Shown here piece after piece: positions 1 to 10,339 of a stretch of 64,000 nucleotides of DNA. Position 1 is the stretch's first letter; every line of letters begins with the position of its first letter. The notes beneath the pieces were generated by a model, which was given only the letters and a program-made list of their open reading frames with translations, made no database searches and was not told the origin of the DNA. The stretch lies in the IMG/VR virus record IMGVR_UViG_3300027659_000015, positions 41,722 through 105,721 of that record, one strand, 5' to 3'. A program made the position numbers and the translations under genes. This stretch comes from a virus.

Positions 1-2
1 AT

Positions 3-581
3 GTTGTTTCAGGTAATATTCAATCTGTTTACATAACAACTGCTGGTTCTGGTTATATTACGACACCTACAATTACAATTACGGATGCTAATAATATTCC
101 TGGTACAGGCGCAACAGCAATCATTACAGGTGAAACATCTAAGAATGGTGGCAATGTACTCGCTAAATATGTCACCAAGAAAGTTGTTTTGGATCCAACA
201 TTTGACTCCGGTGACCTGAATGTTTATCTAACTGCATATCGTCCAGTAAATACAGATATTCATGTGTATTACAAGGTTCTAAACAGAAATGATACACAGA
301 AGTTTGATGACAGTTCATGGCAATTAATGACCAAAATTAATAACTCTGGTTCATTATTTTCTCAAGCAAGAAGTGATACTTATGAATATGTGTTTGCTCC
401 AGGAAATGCTGGTGTCGACCAAGGTTATGTAACTTATACAAGTACAACAGGACAAATATACACCTCATTTAGTCAATTTGCTGTCAAAGTTGTTTTGACT
501 AGTTCCGACCATACGTATTCACCATTTGTAAATGATTTACGTGTGATTGCTTTACCTGCGAACGTTAATACTTCAGTATAA
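3..581 (+). CDS. C-terminal part of large virion structural/baseplate-associated protein (DUF4815/VrlC-like); 5' end lies outside the window
   Basis: Frame is open from base 3 (VVSGNIQSVYITTAGSGY...); C-terminus KYVTKKVVL...DLNVYLTAYRP...FAVKVVLTS...P.V.DLRVIAL resembles large T4-like structural proteins. Confidence 0.6.
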   Translation, partial: VVSGNIQSVYITTAGSGYITTPTITITDANNIPGTGATAIITGETSKNGGNVLAKYVTKKVVLDPTFDSGDLNVYLTAYRPVNTDIHVYYKVLNRNDTQKFDDSSWQLMTKINNSGSLFSQARSDTYEYVFAPGNAGVDQGYVTYTSTTGQIYTSFSQFAVKVVLTSSDHTYSPFVNDLRVIALPANVNTSV

Positions 582-583
582 TT

Positions 584-802
584 ATGTTAATACCAATTAC
601 AGGAACAAGTTTAGTTCGTGATACGGAAAGTATGGCTTTGATTAATCGAGACATTTCTGGTTTACAAGATTATAAAACCAAACGAAAATTTGCTGAGTCT
701 CAAAAAGAGCAAATAAATAAGGTTGAATCAGAAATTAATAATATTAAAAACGACATATCAGATATTAAAAAACTGATGGTAAAACTATTAGAAAAAGGTT
801 AA
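584..802 (+). CDS. small hypothetical protein with C-terminal coiled coil
   Basis: 72 aa, LVRD..S.A.IN motif, tightly coupled to both neighbours. Confidence 0.6.
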   Translation: MLIPITGTSLVRDTESMALINRDISGLQDYKTKRKFAESQKEQINKVESEINNIKNDISDIKKLMVKLLEKG

Positions 803-803
803 A

Positions 804-3800
804 ATGGCAAATACAGTAACGATTATAAGTTATGCCAATACATTTGGTCAATGGATGGTTGCGACAGATGCTCTTATTGCAGAAAACAATACATTAGCAA
901 CAGGTGATTACACCAAAAATTCTGGTACAATTTTCCTCAGCGAAACAACAAAAAACGCACTGCAGTCAAACGGTAATATCATCGTACAAAAACAACTCAG
1001 AGTACAAGGCTCAGGTTCATCCGCTTCTATTGATAATAATTTATCGGTTGATGGCCAAGTTTATTTTGGTAATACAACATTAGGTTTAACTAATTCTGGC
1101 CAAGCCAACATCAATGGTCTTTTAATTGCTCAAGGACCAGGTACTGGGTTATATGTTTCCAATAGTGTATATATTGGTGGTAATACAACAATACAATATA
1201 ATATATTAACAAATTCAATCCAATCCAATACATCAGTAAATACAAGAACAATTAGTGTCACAGGTAATACATATTCAAATAATTTTATTGCAAATTCTTC
1301 TGCACAAATAAACAATTTAACTGTCGGTGGTTTAAGTAATTTAATTGGTACGACAAATGTTGGTGACATATATGTTTCCGGCACAGGTAATTTTAATACA
1401 ACAATTAACGTTGATGATGGTATAATTGTTGCTGGTATTAATGTGGCACCACAGCTTACGGCAGCTTTTGTTAAAGCGAATTCTGCTTATGAAGCACAAA
1501 ATACTACAGGTTCATATGCAAACGGTGCTTACGGCCAAGCAAACTCAGCGGCTACATATGCCAATGGTGCTTTCCTTCATGCTAATTCATCATTCAATTC
1601 TCAAAATACAACCGGTTCATATGCAAACGGTGCTTACGGCCAAGCAAATTCAGCAGCCTCATATGCTAACTCGGCCTTCACAAATTCAAATTCTTCTTAT
1701 TCACTCGCAAACAATATAGTCACAGGTACACAAAAATTAGATTGGGTGAGTGTAGGTAACACAACATTCACTTCTTCATTACAGGCTAATACAACTGTTA
1801 ATACTTCTAGTGTCTCTGTCACAAATAGAATAACAACAAAAGATATTACAGCAAATAATTCAATCACCTCACAAGGTTCTGTTGTATCCAATACCTTCAC
1901 AGCGAATATTAGTGCTTCGATACCAACACTTACAATATCAACGAAACTTGATGGTAATGATGCAGCATTTTTTGCAAACAGTTTATCTGTAGGTTCTGGT
2001 GGTTTAAGTATTAGTGGTAACTTTACTTTGACTGGTAGTACAATCTACGCTGCTAATACTTTCCAATTGAGTACTGGCGTTTCTGCTGGTATTTCTAGTT
2101 ATATTTCAGTTGCTCGTGGTTCTTCTGGTCCAAATGCTGCATTCCGTTGGAATGAACCTTTGTTGTATTGGGAAACACTAGATGTAACAGGTAACATCTA
2201 TTCACGTGTCATTACAGAAAACTATTTGGCTAATCAAACGGGTTCATATGCTAACTCAGCATTTGACAAAGCCAACTCTGCCTATGAATCACAGAATACG
2301 ACAGGCACTTATGCCAACTCAGCATATACACAAGCAAATACCGCATTTAATAATGCAGCTGGTGCTTCTCTGTATGCTAACGGTGCTTTCATTCAATCAA
2401 ATGCAGCGTTCATTAAATCCAACTCTGCCTATGAATCACAGAATACGACAGGCACTTATGCCAACTCAGCATATACTCAGGCAAATACAGCAGTTAATAA
2501 TGCAGTTGGTGCTTCTCTGTATGCTAACGGTGCATTTACACAATCTAATGCTGCTTTCATCAAAGCAAACTCAGCATATGATTTAGCAAATACATTTGCC
2601 AATACTTTTGTTGGTACACAAGGTTCTGTTACACATTCTGGTGGTGTAATATCATTCTCAAGTAATAATGGTATAAAAATTGTAGCTACAAGTGCAAACA
2701 ATTTTGCTATTAGTTCACCACAAGACTTACAGACAGCAAATACACCAACATTTAATGGTTTAATCTTAACTAATGCTTTACCGTTAAATCAAGGTGGTAC
2801 AGGTGCAACATCATCTTCTGGAGCATTAACCAATATTTTACCAACGGGTGCAACAGCAGGTTATGTATTAACTACAGGTGGTCCAGGTAACTTTTATTGG
2901 TCCGCAAGTTCTGGTGGCGGCGGCGGTGGTGGTGTAACACCAGGTACTACAATCAACTCAACTCGTTTGTCATACACAGCTAATGGACAATCGGGTTATA
3001 CAGGAAATTCTTTTGTTATACCAACCGCAACAACCGGTACACAAGTTCGTGCTTATATTAACGGTGTTAGACAATTTGAATCTGAATATGCTTTAGATTT
3101 AAGTGCCAACACAATTGCATTTACAACAACACCACCAAGTGGTGATTCGATTCTTGTTGAAGTTGATGGATATTATGTAAATCCATATTACGCAAATAAT
3201 ATTACATTTACTGCACCCCAAGGTGACATTCCATCTTCTGCTAATACAATTCAATTAGCAATCAACGATCTTGAGAGTAGAAAAGCTGCATTGACTGGAG
3301 GTTCATTTACTGGCCGAGTCTTTGGTCTTACACCAAGTGTGGGTAATAATGACACAACTTTTGCTACAACAGCATTTGTTAAATCTTTATTGAATAATAG
3401 TAATACATTTACCTTAAATGCTGCAACCGTGACTAACGGTGTATACACTACATCAACTGGTGTTGTTACAAGTGCAATGATGACAACAACTGGTATTTCT
3501 GCAGGTCAATATGGTACTACAACAGCTATACCACAATTTACAGTAGATACGGCCGGTAGAATTACTGCAATCGGTACAGTTGGTATTAGTATTCCTGCAG
3601 GAACGTCAATTTATGCTAACACAAATCAATTAGTCGCTAATGTCGCAACAGGAACAGTACAGATTGGTTTAGCAAATACCAATACAAATATAGGAACTTT
3701 TGGTGGTGCAAGTACAGCAACAACTTTTGCTGTTGACGGTTACGGTAGGATTACAAGTGTGGCCAACGTAGCAATAGCAATTGCTTCTAGTGCTGTTTCT

Positions 3801-4295
3801 GGTTTAGCATCATCAGCTACGACAGATACAACAAATGCTGGTAACATTGGTTCTGGTACTTTGGCTGCAGCAAGGCTTGGTACAACAATGCAACCACAAC
3901 TTGGTACACTTGGTGTTGGTACTGCAGCACCAACGACAACTGGTCAAATCCGTGCTTCTGACAACATTACTGCTTTTTACAGTTCAGATAAGAGATTGAA
4001 AGAGAACATACAAGATATTCCGGATGCATTATCTAAAGTTGGCTGTATTGGTGGTAAATTATTTGATTGGACAGATGATTACGTATCAAAACATGGTGGC
4101 GCAGATGGTTACTTTGTACAAAAATCAGATTTTGGTGTTATTGCTCAGGATGTTCAACAAGTATTCCCTGTTGCTGTTCGCCAGAAACCAGATGGAACAT
4201 TAGCAGTTGATTATGAAAAATTATGTGCTTTAGCATTTGCTGCTATTAAAGAACTCAAAGCTGAAGTTGATGCTCTAAAAGGAAATAATAAATGA
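804..4295 (+). CDS. long tail fibre with C-terminal peptidase S74-type intramolecular chaperone
   Basis: Thr/Asn/Ala-rich; ANSAF heptad repeats; VD..GRIT fibre repeats; C-terminal SSDKRLKENI...FGVIAQDVQ.VFP...VDYEKL...AIKELKAEV signature. Confidence 0.85.
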   Translation: MANTVTIISYANTFGQWMVATDALIAENNTLATGDYTKNSGTIFLSETTKNALQSNGNIIVQKQLRVQGSGSSASIDNNLSVDGQVYFGNTTLGLTNSGQANINGLLIAQGPGTGLYVSNSVYIGGNTTIQYNILTNSIQSNTSVNTRTISVTGNTYSNNFIANSSAQINNLTVGGLSNLIGTTNVGDIYVSGTGNFNTTINVDDGIIVAGINVAPQLTAAFVKANSAYEAQNTTGSYANGAYGQANSAATYANGAFLHANSSFNSQNTTGSYANGAYGQANSAASYANSAFTNSNSSYSLANNIVTGTQKLDWVSVGNTTFTSSLQANTTVNTSSVSVTNRITTKDITANNSITSQGSVVSNTFTANISASIPTLTISTKLDGNDAAFFANSLSVGSGGLSISGNFTLTGSTIYAANTFQLSTGVSAGISSYISVARGSSGPNAAFRWNEPLLYWETLDVTGNIYSRVITENYLANQTGSYANSAFDKANSAYESQNTTGTYANSAYTQANTAFNNAAGASLYANGAFIQSNAAFIKSNSAYESQNTTGTYANSAYTQANTAVNNAVGASLYANGAFTQSNAAFIKANSAYDLANTFANTFVGTQGSVTHSGGVISFSSNNGIKIVATSANNFAISSPQDLQTANTPTFNGLILTNALPLNQGGTGATSSSGALTNILPTGATAGYVLTTGGPGNFYWSASSGGGGGGGVTPGTTINSTRLSYTANGQSGYTGNSFVIPTATTGTQVRAYINGVRQFESEYALDLSANTIAFTTTPPSGDSILVEVDGYYVNPYYANNITFTAPQGDIPSSANTIQLAINDLESRKAALTGGSFTGRVFGLTPSVGNNDTTFATTAFVKSLLNNSNTFTLNAATVTNGVYTTSTGVVTSAMMTTTGISAGQYGTTTAIPQFTVDTAGRITAIGTVGISIPAGTSIYANTNQLVANVATGTVQIGLANTNTNIGTFGGASTATTFAVDGYGRITSVANVAIAIASSAVSGLASSATTDTTNAGNIGSGTLAAARLGTTMQPQLGTLGVGTAAPTTTGQIRASDNITAFYSSDKRLKENIQDIPDALSKVGCIGGKLFDWTDDYVSKHGGADGYFVQKSDFGVIAQDVQQVFPVAVRQKPDGTLAVDYEKLCALAFAAIKELKAEVDALKGNNK

Positions 4296-5188
4296 CAACA
4301 AAAGTTAGTTCATCCACGTTAGCTAATACGGCGGTTACGGCCGGCACATATGGTGGTTCAATTCAGGTTCCTGTTATTACCGTTGATCCACAAGGTAGAT
4401 TAACTTCTGCAGCCAATCTTATCATCACACAAACTGCTGTATATGCAAACTCAGGTCAAATCAACGCAAATACCGCAACAGGTGTTGTACAAATTGGTTT
4501 ACCAACACAATCTGTTAATCCAGCAATATCTTATGGTTCAGGTACACAGACACCAATCATTCAAGTTGACCAATATGGTAGAATTGTTGGTATTTCAACC
4601 ACATTGATTACTGGTGGTTCAGCAGGTATTGGTGCTACATCTTTTGTGAGAACAACATTTACCGCAACTTCGACACAAACAGTTTTTTCTGCAAATTACA
4701 CAGTAGGTTATTTACAAGTCTTTGTCAATGGTGTTTTACTTGGAACTTCTGATTATACTGCATCAAACGGAACATCTATTACTTTAGGTGTGGCATGTAT
4801 CGGAGGTGAAATAGTTGAAGTTATTGCTTATACCGTTACATTAGTTAATAATCTTTCTCCATCATATACTGGTGGACAAGGTGGTTCGGCTGGTCAAATA
4901 TTATATCAGTCAGCAGCAAATACTACATCAAATACAGACGTTGGTACAACTGGTTATTTGTTAACAAGTGCTGGTTCAGGTAAACCAACATGGACAGCTC
5001 CATCCGCTTTAACAGTTAGTGCAGCTACTTCAGCCACTTCTGCTGGATCACTTTCAACTGGACTATGGTCTGTGGCAAACACATCTAATAAATTGGTTTT
5101 CTCATATAATAGTGTGGCCGTTTTCTCAGTTGATTCATCTGGTAACATGATTGCCAAAGGTGATATAACTGGCTTTGGCACTCCTTAA
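4292..5188 (+). CDS. tail fibre protein
   Basis: GTYG...IPVITVD..GRLTSA repeats; TF.AT..QT.F...VFVNGVLL domain; ATGA overlap with upstream gene. Confidence 0.7.
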   Translation: MTTKVSSSTLANTAVTAGTYGGSIQVPVITVDPQGRLTSAANLIITQTAVYANSGQINANTATGVVQIGLPTQSVNPAISYGSGTQTPIIQVDQYGRIVGISTTLITGGSAGIGATSFVRTTFTATSTQTVFSANYTVGYLQVFVNGVLLGTSDYTASNGTSITLGVACIGGEIVEVIAYTVTLVNNLSPSYTGGQGGSAGQILYQSAANTTSNTDVGTTGYLLTSAGSGKPTWTAPSALTVSAATSATSAGSLSTGLWSVANTSNKLVFSYNSVAVFSVDSSGNMIAKGDITGFGTP

Positions 5189-5198
5189 GGATAATTAA

Positions 5199-5606
5199 AT
5201 GACTATCGCACGTACTTTAGGCAACTTCGCAAACGTAGTTTTAGCGAATACTGCTATTGTTTCATCAAATCCAATCACAGCGTCATCACTCACAGATTCT
5301 AAAGGTGGTGTAAGAGCTTTACCAGTAAACACACAAAGTGGTGTTTACACATTAACTTCAGCTGATGTTGGTAAAATGGTAAGCACAACAGCAGGTGTTA
5401 CTGTTCCAGTATCAACATTCGTTGCTGGTGATAATATCACTATTTACAACAATTCTGCATCTTCCATAACAATTACTTGTTCGGCAATTACAGTATATCG
5501 TGCTGGTATAACAACAGCATCTACATCTTTGGCACTTGGCGGTAGAGGTGTTTGTACATTCTTATTCTACGCAAGTGATGCAGCGGTTGTGACAGGAACA
5601 GTCTAA
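5199..5606 (+). CDS. small tail-fibre-associated protein
   Basis: YTL...D.GK....GVTVP...F.AGD.ITIYN fibre-tip-type domain; SD AAGGA. Confidence 0.6.
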   Translation: MTIARTLGNFANVVLANTAIVSSNPITASSLTDSKGGVRALPVNTQSGVYTLTSADVGKMVSTTAGVTVPVSTFVAGDNITIYNNSASSITITCSAITVYRAGITTASTSLALGGRGVCTFLFYASDAAVVTGTV

Positions 5607-7123
5607 TGTCATCAACAGCGGTTATGAGCAATCAAAGCTCAGCAGCTTTGATAAAATCAACATTCTGGCAAACAGGTAATGTTAATAGATTAAACGACTG
5701 TTGTATTGATTCCGCAGGTAATGTTTACACACTTTATGAATGTAGAGAAATTCAAACCGATAATTCTTTTTGGAAATATTCTTTACAAAAAACAAAATCT
5801 GATGGTACTGTCGCCTGGACAAAAATTTTGTATCAGGGTACTCAAAGTAATCAAATACAAAATAGTTATGTATTCATCAAAGCCATTGATAATGATTATT
5901 TGATTTTTGGTGGATCTTCATCGGCAGATGCATCATCAAAAGGTTATATTTCTAAAATAAATTCTTCTGATGGATCGGTTGCTCTGGCTAGAAATTTCAC
6001 AAATACTGATGGTCGTGGGTACGGATTTCGAGGATGTCATATTGATTCATCAAAAGCTATATATTTAACTAGATATGATTTGTATGGTTCTCCAATCATT
6101 TATAAACTCGATTATAATTGTAATTTAATATGGGCAAAATCATTACCGGTGGGTTTTTTTGATAGTGATGGTGCATCCAATGAATATATTCCGATTGGTT
6201 TTTTTGGAAATTCTTTAGGCCAAACAGTGTGGTGTGGTAATTTTTATGGATATTTGGCGAGGAATGGATCTCCAGGAAATAAGTACTGGAAACAATCAAC
6301 TATGCTTTTTTCATTGGACAGTAATGGTAATCTTGTTTATTTGAAATTTGTAAAACCAATGCAGTTTTATTCTGGTTTTTTAGATGAATCTGGTGTTTCA
6401 TACTACACCGGTTTGATGGGATATAATTATTATTCTAATGATAGCACCACTAGCAGTTATAATACCCTTAATAATAGATATAAAGGATTTTTAAAATTAG
6501 ATGCGGCAGGAAACGTATCTTTTTATAAAACATCAATAAGCAACGATACTTCAGCGCAAAACACTTATGACGTAAGTTTGATTAACGACAAACAAGGTAA
6601 TATTTACAGAATTAGTATTACACCTGATGGTTATGCAAAACCATATCTATGGATTAACAAATTTGATAGTTCCGGAAATCTTATTTGGGGCAATTATTTA
6701 AAATTTAGTACAACTTGGCCAAACACAACAGGTGTTGGTATATGGGATAATAATGATGGCGGAACCACAACAAAAAGCGGCTTGACGCCGTGTTGGATAG
6801 AAAATAATAAATTAATCATTCCACTTACTGTTTATGCAACTGCTGCAACAACTGATACTTCCAGAAAATGGATGATACACGTTAAACTACCAACAGATGG
6901 TTCAAAGTTGGGTTCGTATATACCAGCAACATATTTGACGATGGATTACTTAGCTCAAGATGTATCAAATAAGACTTGGGATTATTATGCAAACTCATCA
7001 CCTGTAATGTCAGCAAATACACCAGGCTTGGTTACACTCTCAGATACAATAAGTGCATCACCTACAACTTATACTGTGGCAGATACAACTATATCAATTA
7101 CAAATTATAAGGTGCCATTTTAA
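5606..7123 (+). CDS. putative beta-propeller adhesin/receptor-binding protein
   Basis: Repeated (I/L)DS.GN(V/L)(Y/W) and K.D..G...W blade-like motifs; aromatic-rich; TAATG coupling. Confidence 0.55.
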   Translation: MSSTAVMSNQSSAALIKSTFWQTGNVNRLNDCCIDSAGNVYTLYECREIQTDNSFWKYSLQKTKSDGTVAWTKILYQGTQSNQIQNSYVFIKAIDNDYLIFGGSSSADASSKGYISKINSSDGSVALARNFTNTDGRGYGFRGCHIDSSKAIYLTRYDLYGSPIIYKLDYNCNLIWAKSLPVGFFDSDGASNEYIPIGFFGNSLGQTVWCGNFYGYLARNGSPGNKYWKQSTMLFSLDSNGNLVYLKFVKPMQFYSGFLDESGVSYYTGLMGYNYYSNDSTTSSYNTLNNRYKGFLKLDAAGNVSFYKTSISNDTSAQNTYDVSLINDKQGNIYRISITPDGYAKPYLWINKFDSSGNLIWGNYLKFSTTWPNTTGVGIWDNNDGGTTTKSGLTPCWIENNKLIIPLTVYATAATTDTSRKWMIHVKLPTDGSKLGSYIPATYLTMDYLAQDVSNKTWDYYANSSPVMSANTPGLVTLSDTISASPTTYTVADTTISITNYKVPF

Positions 7124-7200
7124 AATTTCGAATTTTTGCGTTCCGGCTCAAGAATTTTCTCCGACAGTTTCGGGATTCCAAAAAGTGAATCCACTCCTAG

Positions 7201-7208
7201 ACTAAATA
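7201..7208 (+). promoter_or_regulatory. T4-type late promoter (ACTAAATA)
   Basis: Variant of the T4 gp55 consensus TATAAATA 25 nt upstream of the 7234 ATG; the same TAAATA core precedes most structural genes. Confidence 0.6.
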
Positions 7209-7233
7209 TAAGTATAATAATAAGAAGACTACT

Positions 7234-7575
7234 ATGCCAGCAGGTTACCAAGAATTATTTTTAGAACAAGGTTCGGAGTTCAACACATCCGTGACACTTG
7301 ACAACGCCGATGGTTCACCTTATAGCTTGGTGAATTGTCAGGTTAAGTCATCTATGAAGAAGTCTTATTATTCAACTAATTCCACGACAGAACTCACAGT
7401 TGACCTTAATAATCCATCACAAGGTATAATAATTTTAAGTTTAACATATAAACAAACAGCAAATATTGCTGCGGGTAGATATGTATATGATGTTGCTGTT
7501 AAGGATTCTTCGAATACAGTATCCAGAGTTTTGGAAGGTATTGTAAACGTATCACCTAGAGTTACCGTATTTTAA
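7234..7575 (+). CDS. virion structural protein (Ig-like, BppU-N-like)
   Basis: L...QG..F...........P..L.......MKKSY ... AGRYVYDV.......RVLEG.V.V.P motif. Confidence 0.65.
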   Translation: MPAGYQELFLEQGSEFNTSVTLDNADGSPYSLVNCQVKSSMKKSYYSTNSTTELTVDLNNPSQGIIILSLTYKQTANIAAGRYVYDVAVKDSSNTVSRVLEGIVNVSPRVTVF

Positions 7576-7583
7576 GGTAGAAC

Positions 7584-8123
7584 ATGCCAACAGTAACAGT
7601 CAGACAACCAGCATCTGTCCGAGTAAAAATAGGTACATCTGCAAGACCAGAAACAGTACAAACAATTTCTTATGGTACAAAGACTTTAAGGAGTCTGAAC
7701 GACCTAGGAATAACGGGTGCAAATACTGGTGATGTAATTGTGTATAATGCACAAACTGAAACTTTTAATGTCAGGCCTCTTGGTACTTCAACTCCAGTAA
7801 CAGGTAATTTGTTACCATCACAACATCTAGAATATGATTTAGGATCACCAACACAGAGGTTCCGAAGTTTATATATTGGTTCAAACACAATTGATTTGGG
7901 TGGAACTATACTTAAAACTGATGCCAACACAGGTTCATTGGCCATTGCTGCTGCACCTACAGATAGATATCCAAATCCTGTAGCAATTTTGATAACACCA
8001 CAAGGTGGATTTTCACCTGTACAAACGGTAGGTGGTGAAATTCCTGTTGGAGCATTAGACGCAACTGTATCAAGGTCTATTACCTATTTGGCTTTCACAG
8101 GTGCTGATTCCGGATTCTTTTAA
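7584..8123 (+). CDS. tail-fibre-associated protein
   Basis: L.SLND......GDV.VYN and GNLLP....YDLGS...RFR.LY...NTIDLGG motifs; the latter is shared with 26599..29346. Confidence 0.6.
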   Translation: MPTVTVRQPASVRVKIGTSARPETVQTISYGTKTLRSLNDLGITGANTGDVIVYNAQTETFNVRPLGTSTPVTGNLLPSQHLEYDLGSPTQRFRSLYIGSNTIDLGGTILKTDANTGSLAIAAAPTDRYPNPVAILITPQGGFSPVQTVGGEIPVGALDATVSRSITYLAFTGADSGFF

Positions 8124-8321
8124 ATGGCTAATACACACATACAAATATTAAGGTCGTATGCAAATACAGCACCAGAAACTTTATTAGATGGTGAATTAGC
8201 GTATTCTTTTGTTTCACAAACATTGTTTATTGGTAATGTTTCCAATAATGTTGTGGGAATTGCTGGTCCGGGTTACTTAGCGAACTCAATTAGCACAATT
8301 GACGGTGGCAGTTTTTCATAA
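8124..8321 (+). CDS. 65-aa mini fibre adaptor (I..LRS...GELA domain plus DGG.F tail)
   Basis: Paralogous to the N-terminus of 8367..10292. Confidence 0.6.
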   Translation: MANTHIQILRSYANTAPETLLDGELAYSFVSQTLFIGNVSNNVVGIAGPGYLANSISTIDGGSFS

Positions 8322-8324
8322 ATA
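8317..8324 (+). promoter_or_regulatory. late promoter (CATAAATA)
   Basis: TAAATA core upstream of the 8367 gene. Confidence 0.55.
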
Positions 8325-8366
8325 GATAATAGGATTAAATCCAAACCAATAACAAGGATAATAATA

Positions 8367-10292
8367 ATGGCAAATACCTCAATCTTAATCAAACGTTCCA
8401 CTACGTTAGGCAGACCAGTAAGCCTACAAGCTGGTGAGTTAGCGTACTCATACGCATCGAATACTATTTTTATTGGTTCACCTGACGGTAATGGTGTTGT
8501 CAATGTTGGTGGTCAATACTACACCTCACAAATTGATGCAGCTACCAGTTCAAATACCGTAAGCACCATAGTTAAACGTGACGCAGCTGGTAACGTTTTC
8601 TTAGGCCACGCAAACGTCAGAAGTATTAGTTTCTCTGATGGTGGTGTATTAAGTAATACTTCTTTCTCAGGCAACGCAAACTCAGCAACGCAATTCCAAA
8701 CAGATAGATATATTAATGTTACTGGTGGTGACATTACTGCTTCTGCACAGTTGTTTAATGGTACTGCAAATGCAACATTAAGTGCTTCACTTAATACGAT
8801 TGACGGTCTAACTGCTGGTGTCTATGGTGGTACAACAGTAATACCTATCATCCAAGTGTCTGCAAACGGTCGTGTTATGACCATTGCCAACTCGGCAACT
8901 ATCTCAACATCTTTGGGTATTGCTGGTGACACTGGTACCGATACTGTTTCACTCGCTACCGATACATTGACAATCACTGGTGGTGCAGGTCTTACATCAA
9001 CCGTAACAAACAATCAAGTTTCTATTGATGTAGACAATACAGTTGTTCGTGCAAATACTGCATCATTGAATCAAACGATTGATGGTAATATTACCATCAG
9101 CGGTAATCTTTCTGTCTTGGGTGATGTTACAAAATATGATGTAACAACAATGACAGTTGAAGATTCATTGATTGGTCTTGCAGCAAACAATTCAGGTGAT
9201 GCAGTCGATATTGGTTTCGTTGGTTCATATAATGATGGTACGGCTCGTTCTGCTGGTTTGATTCGTCATGCTGGTGATGGTGCATACTATCTGTTTGATA
9301 ATTATACAGGCGATCCAACAAGTAACGTAATTAACGTTTCATCTGGAACCTTCCGTCAAGCAAACTTGAGGTCAAACTTAGTTGCTGCATGGGCAAACAC
9401 AACAGTATTACAAGTTGGTACATTAACAGTTGCCGGTTCGACAAACATCAAATCATTGTCATTAACTGATGCATTAACTGTTCCTAGTGGCGGTACTGGT
9501 GCAACTACATTCACCTCTGGTTCTATACTTGTTGGTGATGGTACAAGCTCATTAAAATTACTTGCAAATACAAACTTTGTTAAAACGGAAAGTGGTCCAA
9601 CAACAGGCACACAAAATAATACTATCACATCTGTAACAGTAGATGCGTATGGTAGATTCACTGCTGCTACGTTCAATCAAATTTCTGGTCTAACAGTTGG
9701 CCAAGGCGGTACAGGTAAATCTACTTTTGCTGCTGGAAAAGTTGTTATTGGTAATGGCACAGGTGCTCTAGTAGAACTTGCAAATGTTACTTATGGATTG
9801 ACTGGTACATTAGGTCAAGCTAAAACAATCACATCGTTAACAGTTGATGATTATGGCCGTGTAAGTGCAGCAACAGCAGAAGACATTTCTGGATTGACTG
9901 TTACACAAGGCGGTACTGGTGTAAACACATTCTCTTCTGGTAGAATGTTGATTGGTAATGGTTCTGGTGCAATTCAAACAATTGCTAATGTTACTTACGC
10001 ATTAACTGGTACACTAGGTGCTTCTAAGACAATCACAGCATTGACGGTTGATGCATACGGTCGTGTAAGTGCAGCTACTGCTTCAGATATTTCTGGATTG
10101 ACTGTTACACAAGGCGGTACTGGTGCTTCTACATTTACCTCAAAAGGTATCGTATACGGTGATGGTACAAATGCTATGGCAGTTACTGCTGCAGCAGGTA
10201 CGGCTGACCAAGCATGGTCTAACCAGATTCTTACAACAACTAATGCAGGTGTTCCTGTATGGACATCCTCTTTGGATGGAGGTCAATTCTAA
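8367..10292 (+). CDS. tail fibre protein
   Basis: N-terminal ILIKRS...GELAY; several ~65-70-aa repeats LTV.QGGTG..TF..G..LIG.G...TVD.YGR; ends LDGGQF. Confidence 0.75.
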   Translation: MANTSILIKRSTTLGRPVSLQAGELAYSYASNTIFIGSPDGNGVVNVGGQYYTSQIDAATSSNTVSTIVKRDAAGNVFLGHANVRSISFSDGGVLSNTSFSGNANSATQFQTDRYINVTGGDITASAQLFNGTANATLSASLNTIDGLTAGVYGGTTVIPIIQVSANGRVMTIANSATISTSLGIAGDTGTDTVSLATDTLTITGGAGLTSTVTNNQVSIDVDNTVVRANTASLNQTIDGNITISGNLSVLGDVTKYDVTTMTVEDSLIGLAANNSGDAVDIGFVGSYNDGTARSAGLIRHAGDGAYYLFDNYTGDPTSNVINVSSGTFRQANLRSNLVAAWANTTVLQVGTLTVAGSTNIKSLSLTDALTVPSGGTGATTFTSGSILVGDGTSSLKLLANTNFVKTESGPTTGTQNNTITSVTVDAYGRFTAATFNQISGLTVGQGGTGKSTFAAGKVVIGNGTGALVELANVTYGLTGTLGQAKTITSLTVDDYGRVSAATAEDISGLTVTQGGTGVNTFSSGRMLIGNGSGAIQTIANVTYALTGTLGASKTITALTVDAYGRVSAATASDISGLTVTQGGTGASTFTSKGIVYGDGTNAMAVTAAAGTADQAWSNQILTTTNAGVPVWTSSLDGGQF

Positions 10293-10339
10293 GCTGACTA
10301 TATAATGTAAATGTATTTTCTATATAATAGGAGTTTGAA

